Source: Candidatus Poribacteria bacterium (GTDB lineage: Bacteria > Poribacteria > WGA-4E > PCPOR2b). From it: a stretch of DNA of 64,000 nucleotides. The DNA lies in assembly GCA_965116925.1 (NCBI GenBank), contig OZ220744.1, positions 6,176,001 through 6,240,000 on the forward strand, read 5' to 3'. The position numbers and the translations under genes were made by a program. The notes beneath the pieces are model-generated. The model searched no databases. It was not told the DNA's origin and saw only the letters and a list, made by a program, of their open reading frames with translations. Shown one piece after another: positions 1 to 8,530 of the stretch (its first letter is position 1; the number at the start of each line of letters is the position of its first letter).

Positions 1-1550
1 TCAATACAAGACAGAAATTGGCTTTGATTACGTTTGTAGAAAAGGTGAAAGCAGCACGCCAAAAAATGGTCGTGGCGGAGGTAGATGAAGGGTACGCGAA
101 AGCAGTGGTGAGCTATTTGGGACTCATCTTAAATAAAGTGGCGGATTTGAACAATATCCTTTGTCAATGGCGGTCAGATTTGGAGTCTGTAAACCATCTG
201 TTCACCCGACAAGCCTTGCCAATGCTTTGGGATTATGGTGAAGCCAACCCATTGGGCAGCTCTTCTGGCGGTTTTGAATCAATATGGAAGTATCCTTTGA
301 AGGCAATTAATTACTGTTCAATGTCTTATTCAAACGCTGCAACAGTTACCCAATCTTCAGCTGCACACCTATCGTATCCCGATAACTTCTTTGATGCAAT
401 TTTCACAGATCCGCCATATTACAATAGCGTTCCGTATGCAGATTTATCAGATTTTTTCTATGTATGGCTAAAAAGAACGGTCGGCGATTTGTATCCAGAA
501 CTTTTTGCAACACCTTTAACGCCAAAGAAAAATGAAATCACAGAAATGGCAGGATGGGATCCAAGGAGGTATGCTTATAAAGATAAGCGGTTCTTTGAAG
601 AAAACCTCAAGCAATCATTTCAGGAGATATATCGTGTTCTAAAACCTAACGGTATTGCGGTCATTGTCTACGCGCACAAATCTACAGAGGGATGGGAGAC
701 ACTAATTAACTCCCTACTTGACTCTGGATTAATTATGACCGGTGCCTGGCCCCTCAATACGGAGATGAAAGCACGTCTCCGTGCCCAAGAATCCGCTGCC
801 TTGGCTTCTTCCATCTACATCGTCGCCCGGAAGATGGAACGTCAACCCACCGGCTTCTACAACGAAGTTAAAGAGGAAGTGCGAAGGTATCTCACCGCTA
901 AGCTACACCGGCTCTGGGAGGAAGGGCTAGGTGGAGCGGACTTCTTCATCGCTGCCATCGGTGCTGCCATTGAAGTTTTCGGCAAATACGAACAGGTGAT
1001 GGACTTTGAGGGGGAGATTATCCGCGCCGACCGTCTGCTTGACGATGTGCGAGAGATTGTCACCGATTACGCCGTACAGCAAATTCTGCACAATGGGTTT
1101 GCCGGTGAAATTTCTGACCTCACCCGTTTTTACGTCCTCTATCGGTGGGAGTACGGAGAGGCACGGGTTCATTTTGACGAAGCGCGAAAGTTGGCACAGT
1201 CCTGTGGGGTTGACCTCGCCCAAGAGTGGGACGGAAAAAGTTTCATCGTCAAGGAGAAGGCGTTTATCCGCGTCCAAGGCCCACAGTCTCGAAAAATGGA
1301 AGGTCTCGAAAACACGGAAGAATTGATTGACGTGTTGCACCGTGTCCTGCTTCTTTGGGAAAAAAGCCAGCGAGATGAGATCCTTCGCGTTCTTGCACAA
1401 AGCGGCTATGGAGATAGCAACGCGTTCTATCGCGTGGCGCAAGCCATCTCTGAGGCGGTTCCCATTGAGAGCCGGGAGAAAAAGTTGTTGGACGGCTTCC
1501 TCGCTGGTCGCGAGAGGGTCAGAGGAGAAATGAGACAGGGTAGATTGTAG
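1..1550 (+). CDS. DUF1156-type adenine-specific DNA methyltransferase, 5'-truncated by window edge
   Basis: Catalytic motif TDPPYY; conserved segments RQALPMxWDYxExNP, YADLSDFFYVWLKR and LASSI typical of DUF1156 methylases; DUF499-type ATPase downstream. Confidence 0.85.
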   Translation, partial: NTRQKLALITFVEKVKAARQKMVVAEVDEGYAKAVVSYLGLILNKVADLNNILCQWRSDLESVNHLFTRQALPMLWDYGEANPLGSSSGGFESIWKYPLKAINYCSMSYSNAATVTQSSAAHLSYPDNFFDAIFTDPPYYNSVPYADLSDFFYVWLKRTVGDLYPELFATPLTPKKNEITEMAGWDPRRYAYKDKRFFEENLKQSFQEIYRVLKPNGIAVIVYAHKSTEGWETLINSLLDSGLIMTGAWPLNTEMKARLRAQESAALASSIYIVARKMERQPTGFYNEVKEEVRRYLTAKLHRLWEEGLGGADFFIAAIGAAIEVFGKYEQVMDFEGEIIRADRLLDDVREIVTDYAVQQILHNGFAGEISDLTRFYVLYRWEYGEARVHFDEARKLAQSCGVDLAQEWDGKSFIVKEKAFIRVQGPQSRKMEGLENTEELIDVLHRVLLLWEKSQRDEILRVLAQSGYGDSNAFYRVAQAISEAVPIESREKKLLDGFLAGRERVRGEMRQGRL

Positions 1551-2027
1551 TATGGGAAAGAATTGGTTTGTAGTAGGGCAATTTATTGCCCGTCCGGACG
1601 CGTAATGAATTACGCTACTACGAACGTGCTATCAGTCATTTGATTTGGATGGCTTCCTCACTGGTCGCGAGAGAGCCAGAGGAGAAATGAGGCAGGGCAG
1701 GTTGTTTTAATTTAGGTTTGTAGTAGGGCAATTTATTGCCCGTCCGGACGCGTAATGAATTACACTACTACGAACGTGCTATCAGTCATTTGATTTGGAT
1801 GGCTTCCTCACTGGTCGCGAGAGGGTCAGCTGCGAAATGAGACAGGGTAGGTTGTTTTAATTTAGGTTTGTAGTAGGGCAATTTATTGCCCGTCCGGACG
1901 CGTAATGAATTACGCTACTACGAACCGATGATTGTGGTTTTGAATTTGCAATAACAGGTTGGTTTATAGTAGAGCGATTCATCGCTCGTCATGTCAAAGA
2001 CGCGTAATGAATTACGCTACTACGAAC
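1488..2027 (+). repeat. REP-doublet array (150-bp period) alternating with variant copies of the methylase 3' end
   Basis: GTTTGTAGTAGGGCAATTTATTGCCCGTCCGGACGCGTAATGAATTAC(G/A)CTACTACGAAC starts at 1566, 1716 and 1866, with a variant at 1962-2027; segments 1645-1710 and 1795-1860 copy 1488-1550. Confidence 0.95.
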
Positions 2028-2074
2028 CTCCGATCAATTGTGTTACTATGAACTAAACGCAAGGGCACAGGGAT

Positions 2075-2692
2075 ATGTACCGTTATCGTACGCTAACACC
2101 CGAACAGAAAACCGAAATCCTGCATCAGCGACAGTTAAGAAACTTGCCGCTGCATGAACCACCCCACTTTCATCACGCCGAGGGGTGGTTTCTCATTACT
2201 GCTGCCACTTACGAACATAAACGACATTTCCAAACTGAAAAGGAGCAGGTATGGCTTCTAGGTGAGTTACTGAAAGAACTTCAATCTGTTGAGATCTCCA
2301 TTGGCAGCTGGGTGGTGTTACCCAATCATTATCATCTGTTGGTTCAGTGCCAACCCCTTTCGGTCATCAGTCAGCCCTTGCGTCGTGTCCATGCCCGCAC
2401 AGCACGAGCGTTGAATCGTCGTGAAGGGGTATCTGGACGAAAAATTTGGCATTTTTTCACTGATCGGCAGATTCGCACTGAACGGCATTACTACACGACG
2501 CTAAATTATATCCACTACAATCCGACAAAGCATAGCTACGTGCAAAGACCGTTGGATTGGACTTGTTCAAGTTTGCATTGGTATCAAGAGCACTTTGGCA
2601 TTGAATGGCTGCGAGATCTCTGGACCGCTTATCCTGTACGAGATTATGGGAAGGGGTGGGATTGGTTCGGTTCAGATGGTGATGTGCGATGA
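2075..2692 (+). CDS. REP-associated tyrosine transposase (RAYT; Y1 HUH family)
   Basis: YFIT-like motif WFLITAAT, HUH motif VVLPNHYHLL, catalytic YIHYNP, W..SS tail; flanked by GTAG-hairpin REPs. Confidence 0.9.
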   Translation: MYRYRTLTPEQKTEILHQRQLRNLPLHEPPHFHHAEGWFLITAATYEHKRHFQTEKEQVWLLGELLKELQSVEISIGSWVVLPNHYHLLVQCQPLSVISQPLRRVHARTARALNRREGVSGRKIWHFFTDRQIRTERHYYTTLNYIHYNPTKHSYVQRPLDWTCSSLHWYQEHFGIEWLRDLWTAYPVRDYGKGWDWFGSDGDVR

Positions 2693-2698
2693 TGAACT

Positions 2699-2862
2699 GG
2701 TTTGTAGTAGGGCAATTTATTGCCCGTCCGGACGTGCAATGAATTACGCTACTACAAACCGATGATTGTGGTTTTGAATTTGCAATAACAGGTTGGTTTA
2801 TAGTAGAGCGATTCATCGCTCGTCATGTCAAAGACGCACAATGAATTGTGCTACTACAAACC
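2699..2862 (+). repeat. Two REP doublets; ~163-bp direct repeat of 1865-2028 flanking the RAYT
   Basis: Near-identical to 1865-2028 including the spacer CGATGATTGTGGTTTTGAATTTGCAATAACAGGTT. Confidence 0.95.
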
Positions 2863-2890
2863 CTAGGCACTTTATCTAGGGGAAAAGCGA

Positions 2891-5413
2891 GTGATTCCAT
2901 TTCATACAATTGCTGTACCCCACCGAGACATCGTAGAGGGTAGACTCACACTAGATGTATTTGCGGCAGACCTGTGGGAGGTGTTCAAAAGCGCAGCACC
3001 AGATGAATACAAAGATCCCACACAATTCTTCCAGAAAACATATCAGACCGATGGACTCAGGAATCTGCTTTCGATTGTTGAAGGGCGACTAAAGGGGCAG
3101 GGCGGCGATCCAGTGATTCAGATCCAGACCCCCTTTGGCGGCGGCAAAACCCACGCGCTGATTGCGATGTATCACAAAGCCAGTGAATGGGATGCACAAA
3201 AAGTGGTGCTTGTCGGAACACCGATGAGTGCGTCCGATACGTTATGGGGTATGTTGGAAAAACAGTTGACAGGTAGGGTTGAGCGTTTTGATGGATTAAC
3301 GTCACCGGGACGGGACGCACTCCGCGGACTGCTTTCAGAGAACCAACCCGTGCTCATCCTAATGGACGAGGTGCTGGAATATATGACCAAAGCCGCCGGT
3401 GTTCCGGTAGGGGATAGCACACTTGCCGCGCAGACGCTTGCCTTTATGCAGGAATTGACCGAAGTTGCTGGCATTCTAAAGCAAATCGCACTGGTCATCA
3501 CCCTACCATCGGGGACTATGGAACACTATGACCAAGGGGCAGAACAGCTATTTAGGCAACTTCGACAGGTTGCGGGACGGGTTGAACGGATTTATACACC
3601 AGTACAGGAGCATGAAATTACAGAAGTCATCAGGCGGCGACTTTTCGCACAGATCAATAAAACTCGTGCGAGCAGAGCGATTCAGGATTTTATGGATTAC
3701 GCCGAGGTGGAATCCATTCTGCCCCCCGGAACGGAACTCTCAGAATACCGGAAACAGTTTGAAGCCGCTTACCCATTTCAACCCGAAGCGATCGATGTAC
3801 TCTATCAGCGGTGGGGCAGTTACCCAAGCTTTCAACGGACACGGGGTGTGTTGCGACTCCTATCATTCGTGATCCATTCCCTTAAAGAGAGTGCAATTCC
3901 CTATATCAGTTTGGCAGATTTTGATTTGAGCGTTCAAGAGATTCGACAAGAACTGTTAAAGCACATCGGTCCCCAATATGAAAGCGTTATCTCCGCAGAC
4001 ATCACGGGTACAGATGCCGGCGCGAAAAAGGTTGATGCCGATCTCAGGGCTGCCTACCAAGGATTGAAGTTGGGCAGCCGAGCAGCAACGACCGTTTTTC
4101 TGTACTCATTTTCGGGGGGTACGGAGAGTGGGGCGAATCTCGGAGAGATTAAACGAAGCGCGACAACAACGGGGCATCCGTCGAGTGCTCTCACGGAAGC
4201 AGTCGACGGTTTGCAGGAAAAGCTCTTTTTCCTGCAGCACGAAAGTGGTAGATCCTATTTCACCAATCAGCCCAATCTTAACAGTATCCTACTGACCCGA
4301 ATGGAGAATATCAATGAGCGGGCAATTGACGAGCTTGAGGAAACCGAGCTAAAAAAGAACCTCTCTGGGAGACAACTCAAGACCTTTGTCTCACCTAGAG
4401 GTGGATCAGATGTTCCAGACAACGCCGATCTGAAACTAATTATCCTAAAGAAACGCGATGATACCCTGATGGAGGAGACATTGGAAACAAGGGGAAATAC
4501 TCCTCGGGTAAACCGAAACACGCTTTTCTTTTTGACCTCACTGGAACATGAAGCGACTGGATTTTATAGTCAACTGAGAAAGATCATCGCCTACGGAAAC
4601 ATTAGCAACGACAAAACACTGAATCTCTCTGCTGAACAACAGAAAGAGGTACGGACAGAGTTGAAAAAAGCGACAGATGAGCTCAATGATAGGTTGCGGC
4701 GGTACTACCGAACCGTGTTCATTCCCACAAGAGAGGGGCTTAAAGAGAGTGATTTGGGGCTGCCAACCTACGGTGTATCGAAGAAACTGGACGAAGACGT
4801 ATATGACAAACTCCGTTTAGACGGGGAGATTCTTGAAAATGTTCATCCACGGGTGATTAAGGAACGGTATCTTAAAACCGACGGGTCCGTTTCCACTGAA
4901 CAACTCTATCAATCAAGTGCGAAAACACCGGGCGAAGCACGGGTCATCGGTCAAGGCTGGCAGTCAGGAATTCGCGACGGAGTAGAACAGGGATTGTTTG
5001 GACTCGGTGAGTTAGAAGATGAGAAACCTATCTGCCGACACTTCAAAGAGCGTCCACCCTCGGTCGCCTTTTCTGGATCTGAAGTAATTATCTGCGAGGA
5101 TATCTGCAGCGCTCAAGAAAAACCCGAAGAAACCAAAGAAGAAGATGAAACAGGCGACGAGGGTGTTTATCCTCCTGATGAAGATGAAAAGACTATCATC
5201 GTAGAACACTCCATACGGAATAAGGTTCGTTTGAAGTTCACAATTCCAAAGGGACAGGTCTCGCAGCTCATGGGCGTGATGAACCTGCTGCAATCAAATT
5301 TCGATAGCCTCCAAATTGAGTTGCTAGCGACAGAGGGTCAGATGTCAAATCAGGATTACGAAAATAAAATCAAAGAGGCATTTGTACAGTTGGGAATTGA
5401 CCCGGAGGAATAA
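2891..5413 (+). CDS. DUF499-family AAA+ ATPase (BrxC/PglY-related)
   Basis: N-terminal PHRDI...FAADL; Walker A QTPFGGGKTH; Walker B ILMDE; YPF.PE and FQRTRGVLRLL motifs. Confidence 0.9.
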   Translation: MIPFHTIAVPHRDIVEGRLTLDVFAADLWEVFKSAAPDEYKDPTQFFQKTYQTDGLRNLLSIVEGRLKGQGGDPVIQIQTPFGGGKTHALIAMYHKASEWDAQKVVLVGTPMSASDTLWGMLEKQLTGRVERFDGLTSPGRDALRGLLSENQPVLILMDEVLEYMTKAAGVPVGDSTLAAQTLAFMQELTEVAGILKQIALVITLPSGTMEHYDQGAEQLFRQLRQVAGRVERIYTPVQEHEITEVIRRRLFAQINKTRASRAIQDFMDYAEVESILPPGTELSEYRKQFEAAYPFQPEAIDVLYQRWGSYPSFQRTRGVLRLLSFVIHSLKESAIPYISLADFDLSVQEIRQELLKHIGPQYESVISADITGTDAGAKKVDADLRAAYQGLKLGSRAATTVFLYSFSGGTESGANLGEIKRSATTTGHPSSALTEAVDGLQEKLFFLQHESGRSYFTNQPNLNSILLTRMENINERAIDELEETELKKNLSGRQLKTFVSPRGGSDVPDNADLKLIILKKRDDTLMEETLETRGNTPRVNRNTLFFLTSLEHEATGFYSQLRKIIAYGNISNDKTLNLSAEQQKEVRTELKKATDELNDRLRRYYRTVFIPTREGLKESDLGLPTYGVSKKLDEDVYDKLRLDGEILENVHPRVIKERYLKTDGSVSTEQLYQSSAKTPGEARVIGQGWQSGIRDGVEQGLFGLGELEDEKPICRHFKERPPSVAFSGSEVIICEDICSAQEKPEETKEEDETGDEGVYPPDEDEKTIIVEHSIRNKVRLKFTIPKGQVSQLMGVMNLLQSNFDSLQIELLATEGQMSNQDYENKIKEAFVQLGIDPEE

Positions 5414-5418
5414 AACTT

Positions 5419-5831
5419 TAGGACTTGCGCAATTGAGTGTTCAAAACCGTGTAGTTCGGCGATTTATCGCCACAGAACACAATGTCTAACACCCGATGAT
5501 CGGGCAATTACAGTGGAGTCACCATCAAGGAGTTCGTAGGGAACGCAGATCTGCGTTCCCTACGGAAGTGCGTAACTCCTACTCAATCTGCAATCAACAA
5601 TAAGAATCCTAACGATAAAATGTAATTGTTTGTAACTGTTTGTAATACGATTGAAGGTTTATGACAAAACGTTTCATGCTGAAATAGGGACAATTTTCCC
5701 ATTTGCGCGGGAAAATTGGGAAAATTTGATTTTCGCACGGAAAACGTAACCTTTTTAATCTCGCTCATGCGACCTTTATCTGCAAGATCTGCGTCCGTCT
5801 CTACTCTTAAAACTGAAGTGCGTAAGTCCTA
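5419..5831. mobile_element. MITE family A (ends TAGGACTT(A/G)CGCA); inner unit 5419-5581, second right end at 5819-5831
   Basis: Left TAGGACTTGCGCA; right TGCGTAACTCCTA (ends 5581) and TGCGTAAGTCCTA (ends 5831); AACTTT direct repeats flank 5420-5830; internal REP hairpins. Confidence 0.75.
5535..5564. repeat. Palindromic REP GTAGGGAACGCAGATCTGCGTTCCCTAC
   Basis: Perfect palindrome; copies at 29366-29393 and 40998-41025, near-copy at 62315-62342, variant at 55307-55334. Confidence 0.9.
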
Positions 5832-5878
5832 ACTTTTTGAGAGTGCATCCGGAAAATGATTGGGAACTATGCCCTTGA

Positions 5879-5937
5879 GTTTGTAGTAGCGCGTTTATTG
5901 CGCGTCCGGACGGACGATAAATCACCCTACCGCGAAC
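5879..5937 (+). repeat. Degenerate REP doublet of the RAYT-associated family
   Basis: GTTTGTAGTAGCGCGTTTATTGCGCGTCCGGAC...; single copies at 21725-21751 and 21849-21876. Confidence 0.8.
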
Positions 5938-5998
5938 CAACGAATTTGTTATAATTCATTGGGCATCATGCGTTGTATGGGTGAGGAAGAGGAAAGCT

Positions 5999-6394
5999 AT
6001 GCCAACCACTTTTGAAGCAATTGAGGGATGGATTGACGAGGCACGCACCAAACTAAAAGATGGCGGGCTTCAGCAGAGAGATCTGGATCAGCTCCACCAA
6101 CTTATCAGCGCAAACCGGAATGGTACGCGACAATGGCTGCTCTATCTCCACGCAGCGACACCGGGCATCCGCTCTCAAGTCATCGGAATGGCGTTACACG
6201 AACCGGTGGAAGGTTCAGTGACGGAGATTGTGACAGAGGAGCAGGATTGGCCCTACAATACAGTGCACGACGCGATTCTAGACGGATGGCAGGTCATCCA
6301 CTTTCCGGATCAGCGAACAGAATTTGATGACCGGGAAATTGACATCTTGGGTTACGAATTTATCCTACAAAAATTGGAGGTTTACAATGGCTGA
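5999..6394 (+). CDS. Hypothetical protein, overlapping the downstream PhyH gene
   Basis: RBS GAGGA before ATG 5999; stop overlaps the start region of the next gene. Confidence 0.7.
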   Translation: MPTTFEAIEGWIDEARTKLKDGGLQQRDLDQLHQLISANRNGTRQWLLYLHAATPGIRSQVIGMALHEPVEGSVTEIVTEEQDWPYNTVHDAILDGWQVIHFPDQRTEFDDREIDILGYEFILQKLEVYNG

Positions 6395-7154
6395 CAAGCC
6401 GTATCTATTGAGCGACGACGAGATTATCTCTTTTATCATTCAAGGTTCGCATATTATTGAGCCAGATTTCCCCGAAGGCTTCAACGCATCCATTTACGAG
6501 GAGCTTGAGGCGTTGGATATCCAGCAAAACAATCCGGGCGACGGGATTCTGGACAAAGTTCCGAAACTCTATCAGGTCTACGACCATCCCAAGGTGCGTG
6601 GGGCGTTGGTGAGTCTGCTCGGCGAAGATGTTCAGATGAACGGCCATCGACACTGTCATGTGAATCCTCCCGGCACGCGGAGCCAATCGTGGCACCAAGA
6701 CGGCACCAACAAACGGCACCACCATATCCAAACCGTTTTGGCGATGTACTATCCCCAAGATGTTCCCGCAGAACTGGGACCGACCGTGATTATGCCCGGA
6801 ACACACTTCCGCAATGCCCCGACGGATCGCATGGCGACCTATGCCAATTTCCGTGAGCAGGTTCCCCTCACGGTCAAGGCTGGGACGGTAGCGATCACGC
6901 ACTACGACATCTGGCACGCCGCAGCCGCCAATCACGGGACGAAGACACGCTACATGCTCAAGTTCCTTTTCAGCCGCGGCAGCGAACCGAAATCGCCAAG
7001 TTGGAACCACCATCCAGAGAAAGCTGCTGCCTCAATACGTCGCTTTACCTATGAACGGGCGTGTGCCTGTTCCCAATCGGATCACTACAAAGAACGTGGG
7101 TTGCGTATGGAAATGTGGGAACACCTTGTTGGGAAGGTAGAGCGCAATGAATAG
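6387..7154 (+). CDS. Phytanoyl-CoA dioxygenase (PhyH) family Fe(II)/2OG oxygenase
   Basis: WHQD, GPT..PGTH, distal DIWH; RBS GGAGG before ATG 6387. Confidence 0.88.
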   Translation: MADKPYLLSDDEIISFIIQGSHIIEPDFPEGFNASIYEELEALDIQQNNPGDGILDKVPKLYQVYDHPKVRGALVSLLGEDVQMNGHRHCHVNPPGTRSQSWHQDGTNKRHHHIQTVLAMYYPQDVPAELGPTVIMPGTHFRNAPTDRMATYANFREQVPLTVKAGTVAITHYDIWHAAAANHGTKTRYMLKFLFSRGSEPKSPSWNHHPEKAAASIRRFTYERACACSQSDHYKERGLRMEMWEHLVGKVERNE

Positions 7155-7245
7155 ATAGGGCATTCCCCTTAATTTAACGCAAAGTCGCAGAGACGCAGAG
7201 TCGCAAGTCCCGGTGCAAAGGTGTAAGGACAAACAGGACAGACCC

Positions 7246-8346
7246 ATGTTAAAAACTCACAAAATAGCCTTAGATGCAAATAACGTCCAAGCGACACAAT
7301 TCGCTCAACATTGTGGGTATGCTCGTGTCGCTTACAATCACGTTCTTGCTGATTTTAAGGATGGCTTAGCCAATGGCGAGTGGCATAGCCATATAGAGTT
7401 AAACAAACGTTTTAATTCGGTCAAGCGTGAGCAATATGAGTGGTGTGACGCGTTAAACCAACGAGCTGCTCATAATGCGATTTACTTTAATTTCCACAAC
7501 GCAGTCAAACGTTGGCAGTCAGGTGAGAGTCGGTTTCCGAAATTCAAGAAGCGTTCTAAGGGTCAAAGTTTTCAAGCAGACGCCGGTCGAGGCACAACTA
7601 TTATCGAAGGACAGCGTATAAAACTACCCAAGATAGGTTGGGTTCGCATGTTCCAAACACTTCGACACCTCGGCACTATCGTCAAAGTTGTAATCTCAAA
7701 GACTGCTAACCGTTGGTTCGCTTCTATCACTGTAGATACTTTCGCTAACGATACTATTGCTGCCAATGGACATCTGCCTGTTGTTGGTGTTGACGTAGGT
7801 ATCCAGCACTTAGCGGTCACGTCCGAAGGTGTATATCACCAAAACCCCAAAGCCTTAAAGCGTTACGAGCGGAAGCTAAAACGGCTGCAACGTCAGTTAA
7901 GCCGTCGAAAGAAAGGCAGCAGCAATTGGCGTAAAACGAAAGCCAAGATTACCAAGCTGCACTACCGAATCACCTGTATCCGACAAGATGCCCAACACCA
8001 AGCAACAACGGCTATCGTCAATAGTGCGAGTCGAATTGGAATTGAGTCGCTAAATGTTGCAGGTATGTTAAAAAACCATAGGCTTGCAAAAGCATTATCG
8101 GACGCTTCGCTATCCAGTCTGCTCACGATGCTTGCATACAAAGCAGAACGGATAGGTGTTAAAATTGTAGAGGCAGACACCTTCTACCCATCCAGTAAGA
8201 CTTGCTCGGCTTGTGGGGCAACAGACAAAGACCTATCATTATCGGATAGGACGTACCATTGCAGTGATTGTGGGCATACCCAAGACAGAGACCTTAACGC
8301 TGCGATAAACCTCAGAACCGTCGCCGTGGGACACACGGAGACGTAA
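7246..8346 (+). CDS. tnpB: TnpB RNA-guided endonuclease (solo, no tnpA)
   Basis: N-terminal HTH; FPKFKK; RuvC I VGVDVG, RuvC II IGIESL, Zn finger CSAC..CSDC, RuvC III DRDLNAAINL. Confidence 0.93.
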   Translation: MLKTHKIALDANNVQATQFAQHCGYARVAYNHVLADFKDGLANGEWHSHIELNKRFNSVKREQYEWCDALNQRAAHNAIYFNFHNAVKRWQSGESRFPKFKKRSKGQSFQADAGRGTTIIEGQRIKLPKIGWVRMFQTLRHLGTIVKVVISKTANRWFASITVDTFANDTIAANGHLPVVGVDVGIQHLAVTSEGVYHQNPKALKRYERKLKRLQRQLSRRKKGSSNWRKTKAKITKLHYRITCIRQDAQHQATTAIVNSASRIGIESLNVAGMLKNHRLAKALSDASLSSLLTMLAYKAERIGVKIVEADTFYPSSKTCSACGATDKDLSLSDRTYHCSDCGHTQDRDLNAAINLRTVAVGHTET

Positions 8347-8530
8347 AACGCTTGTCCGCAAGGATCCCGATTTATCGGGGTGGAGAGATAGTAAGACCAC
8401 ACCAGCCATACGTGGCTTGTCTCGTCGAAACAAGAAAATAGCATGGAGATAAAAATGTCTACCAATAAGTCTATTAAGAATCCCAATGTTGCAACTTTGG
8501 GAGCAGTCAAATTGAGTTGTTGTGCGGGGC
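8320..8530 (+). ncRNA. Putative omegaRNA (reRNA) scaffold and IS right end; guide would begin at 8511
   Basis: Right-end hairpin AAGAATCCCAATGTTGCAACTTTGGGAGCAGTCAA ending in TCAA at 8510, resembling IS200/IS605 right ends; 5' boundary approximate. Confidence 0.6.

Noticed and set aside
1566..2027. CRISPR array
   Set aside because: Repeats are 60-bp REP doublets, the ~90-bp spacers are near-identical copies of the adjacent gene end, and no cas genes are present
2075..2692. IS200/IS605 TnpA serving the tnpB at 7246
   Set aside because: Length, motifs and REP flanks fit a RAYT; it is 4.5 kb away and separated by host genes
5583..5768. 61-aa ORF
   Set aside because: Lies inside an AT-rich MITE/IS-end region with no recognisable motif
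7246..8346. Cas12f / type V CRISPR effector
   Set aside because: No array nearby; an IS-type right end follows the gene
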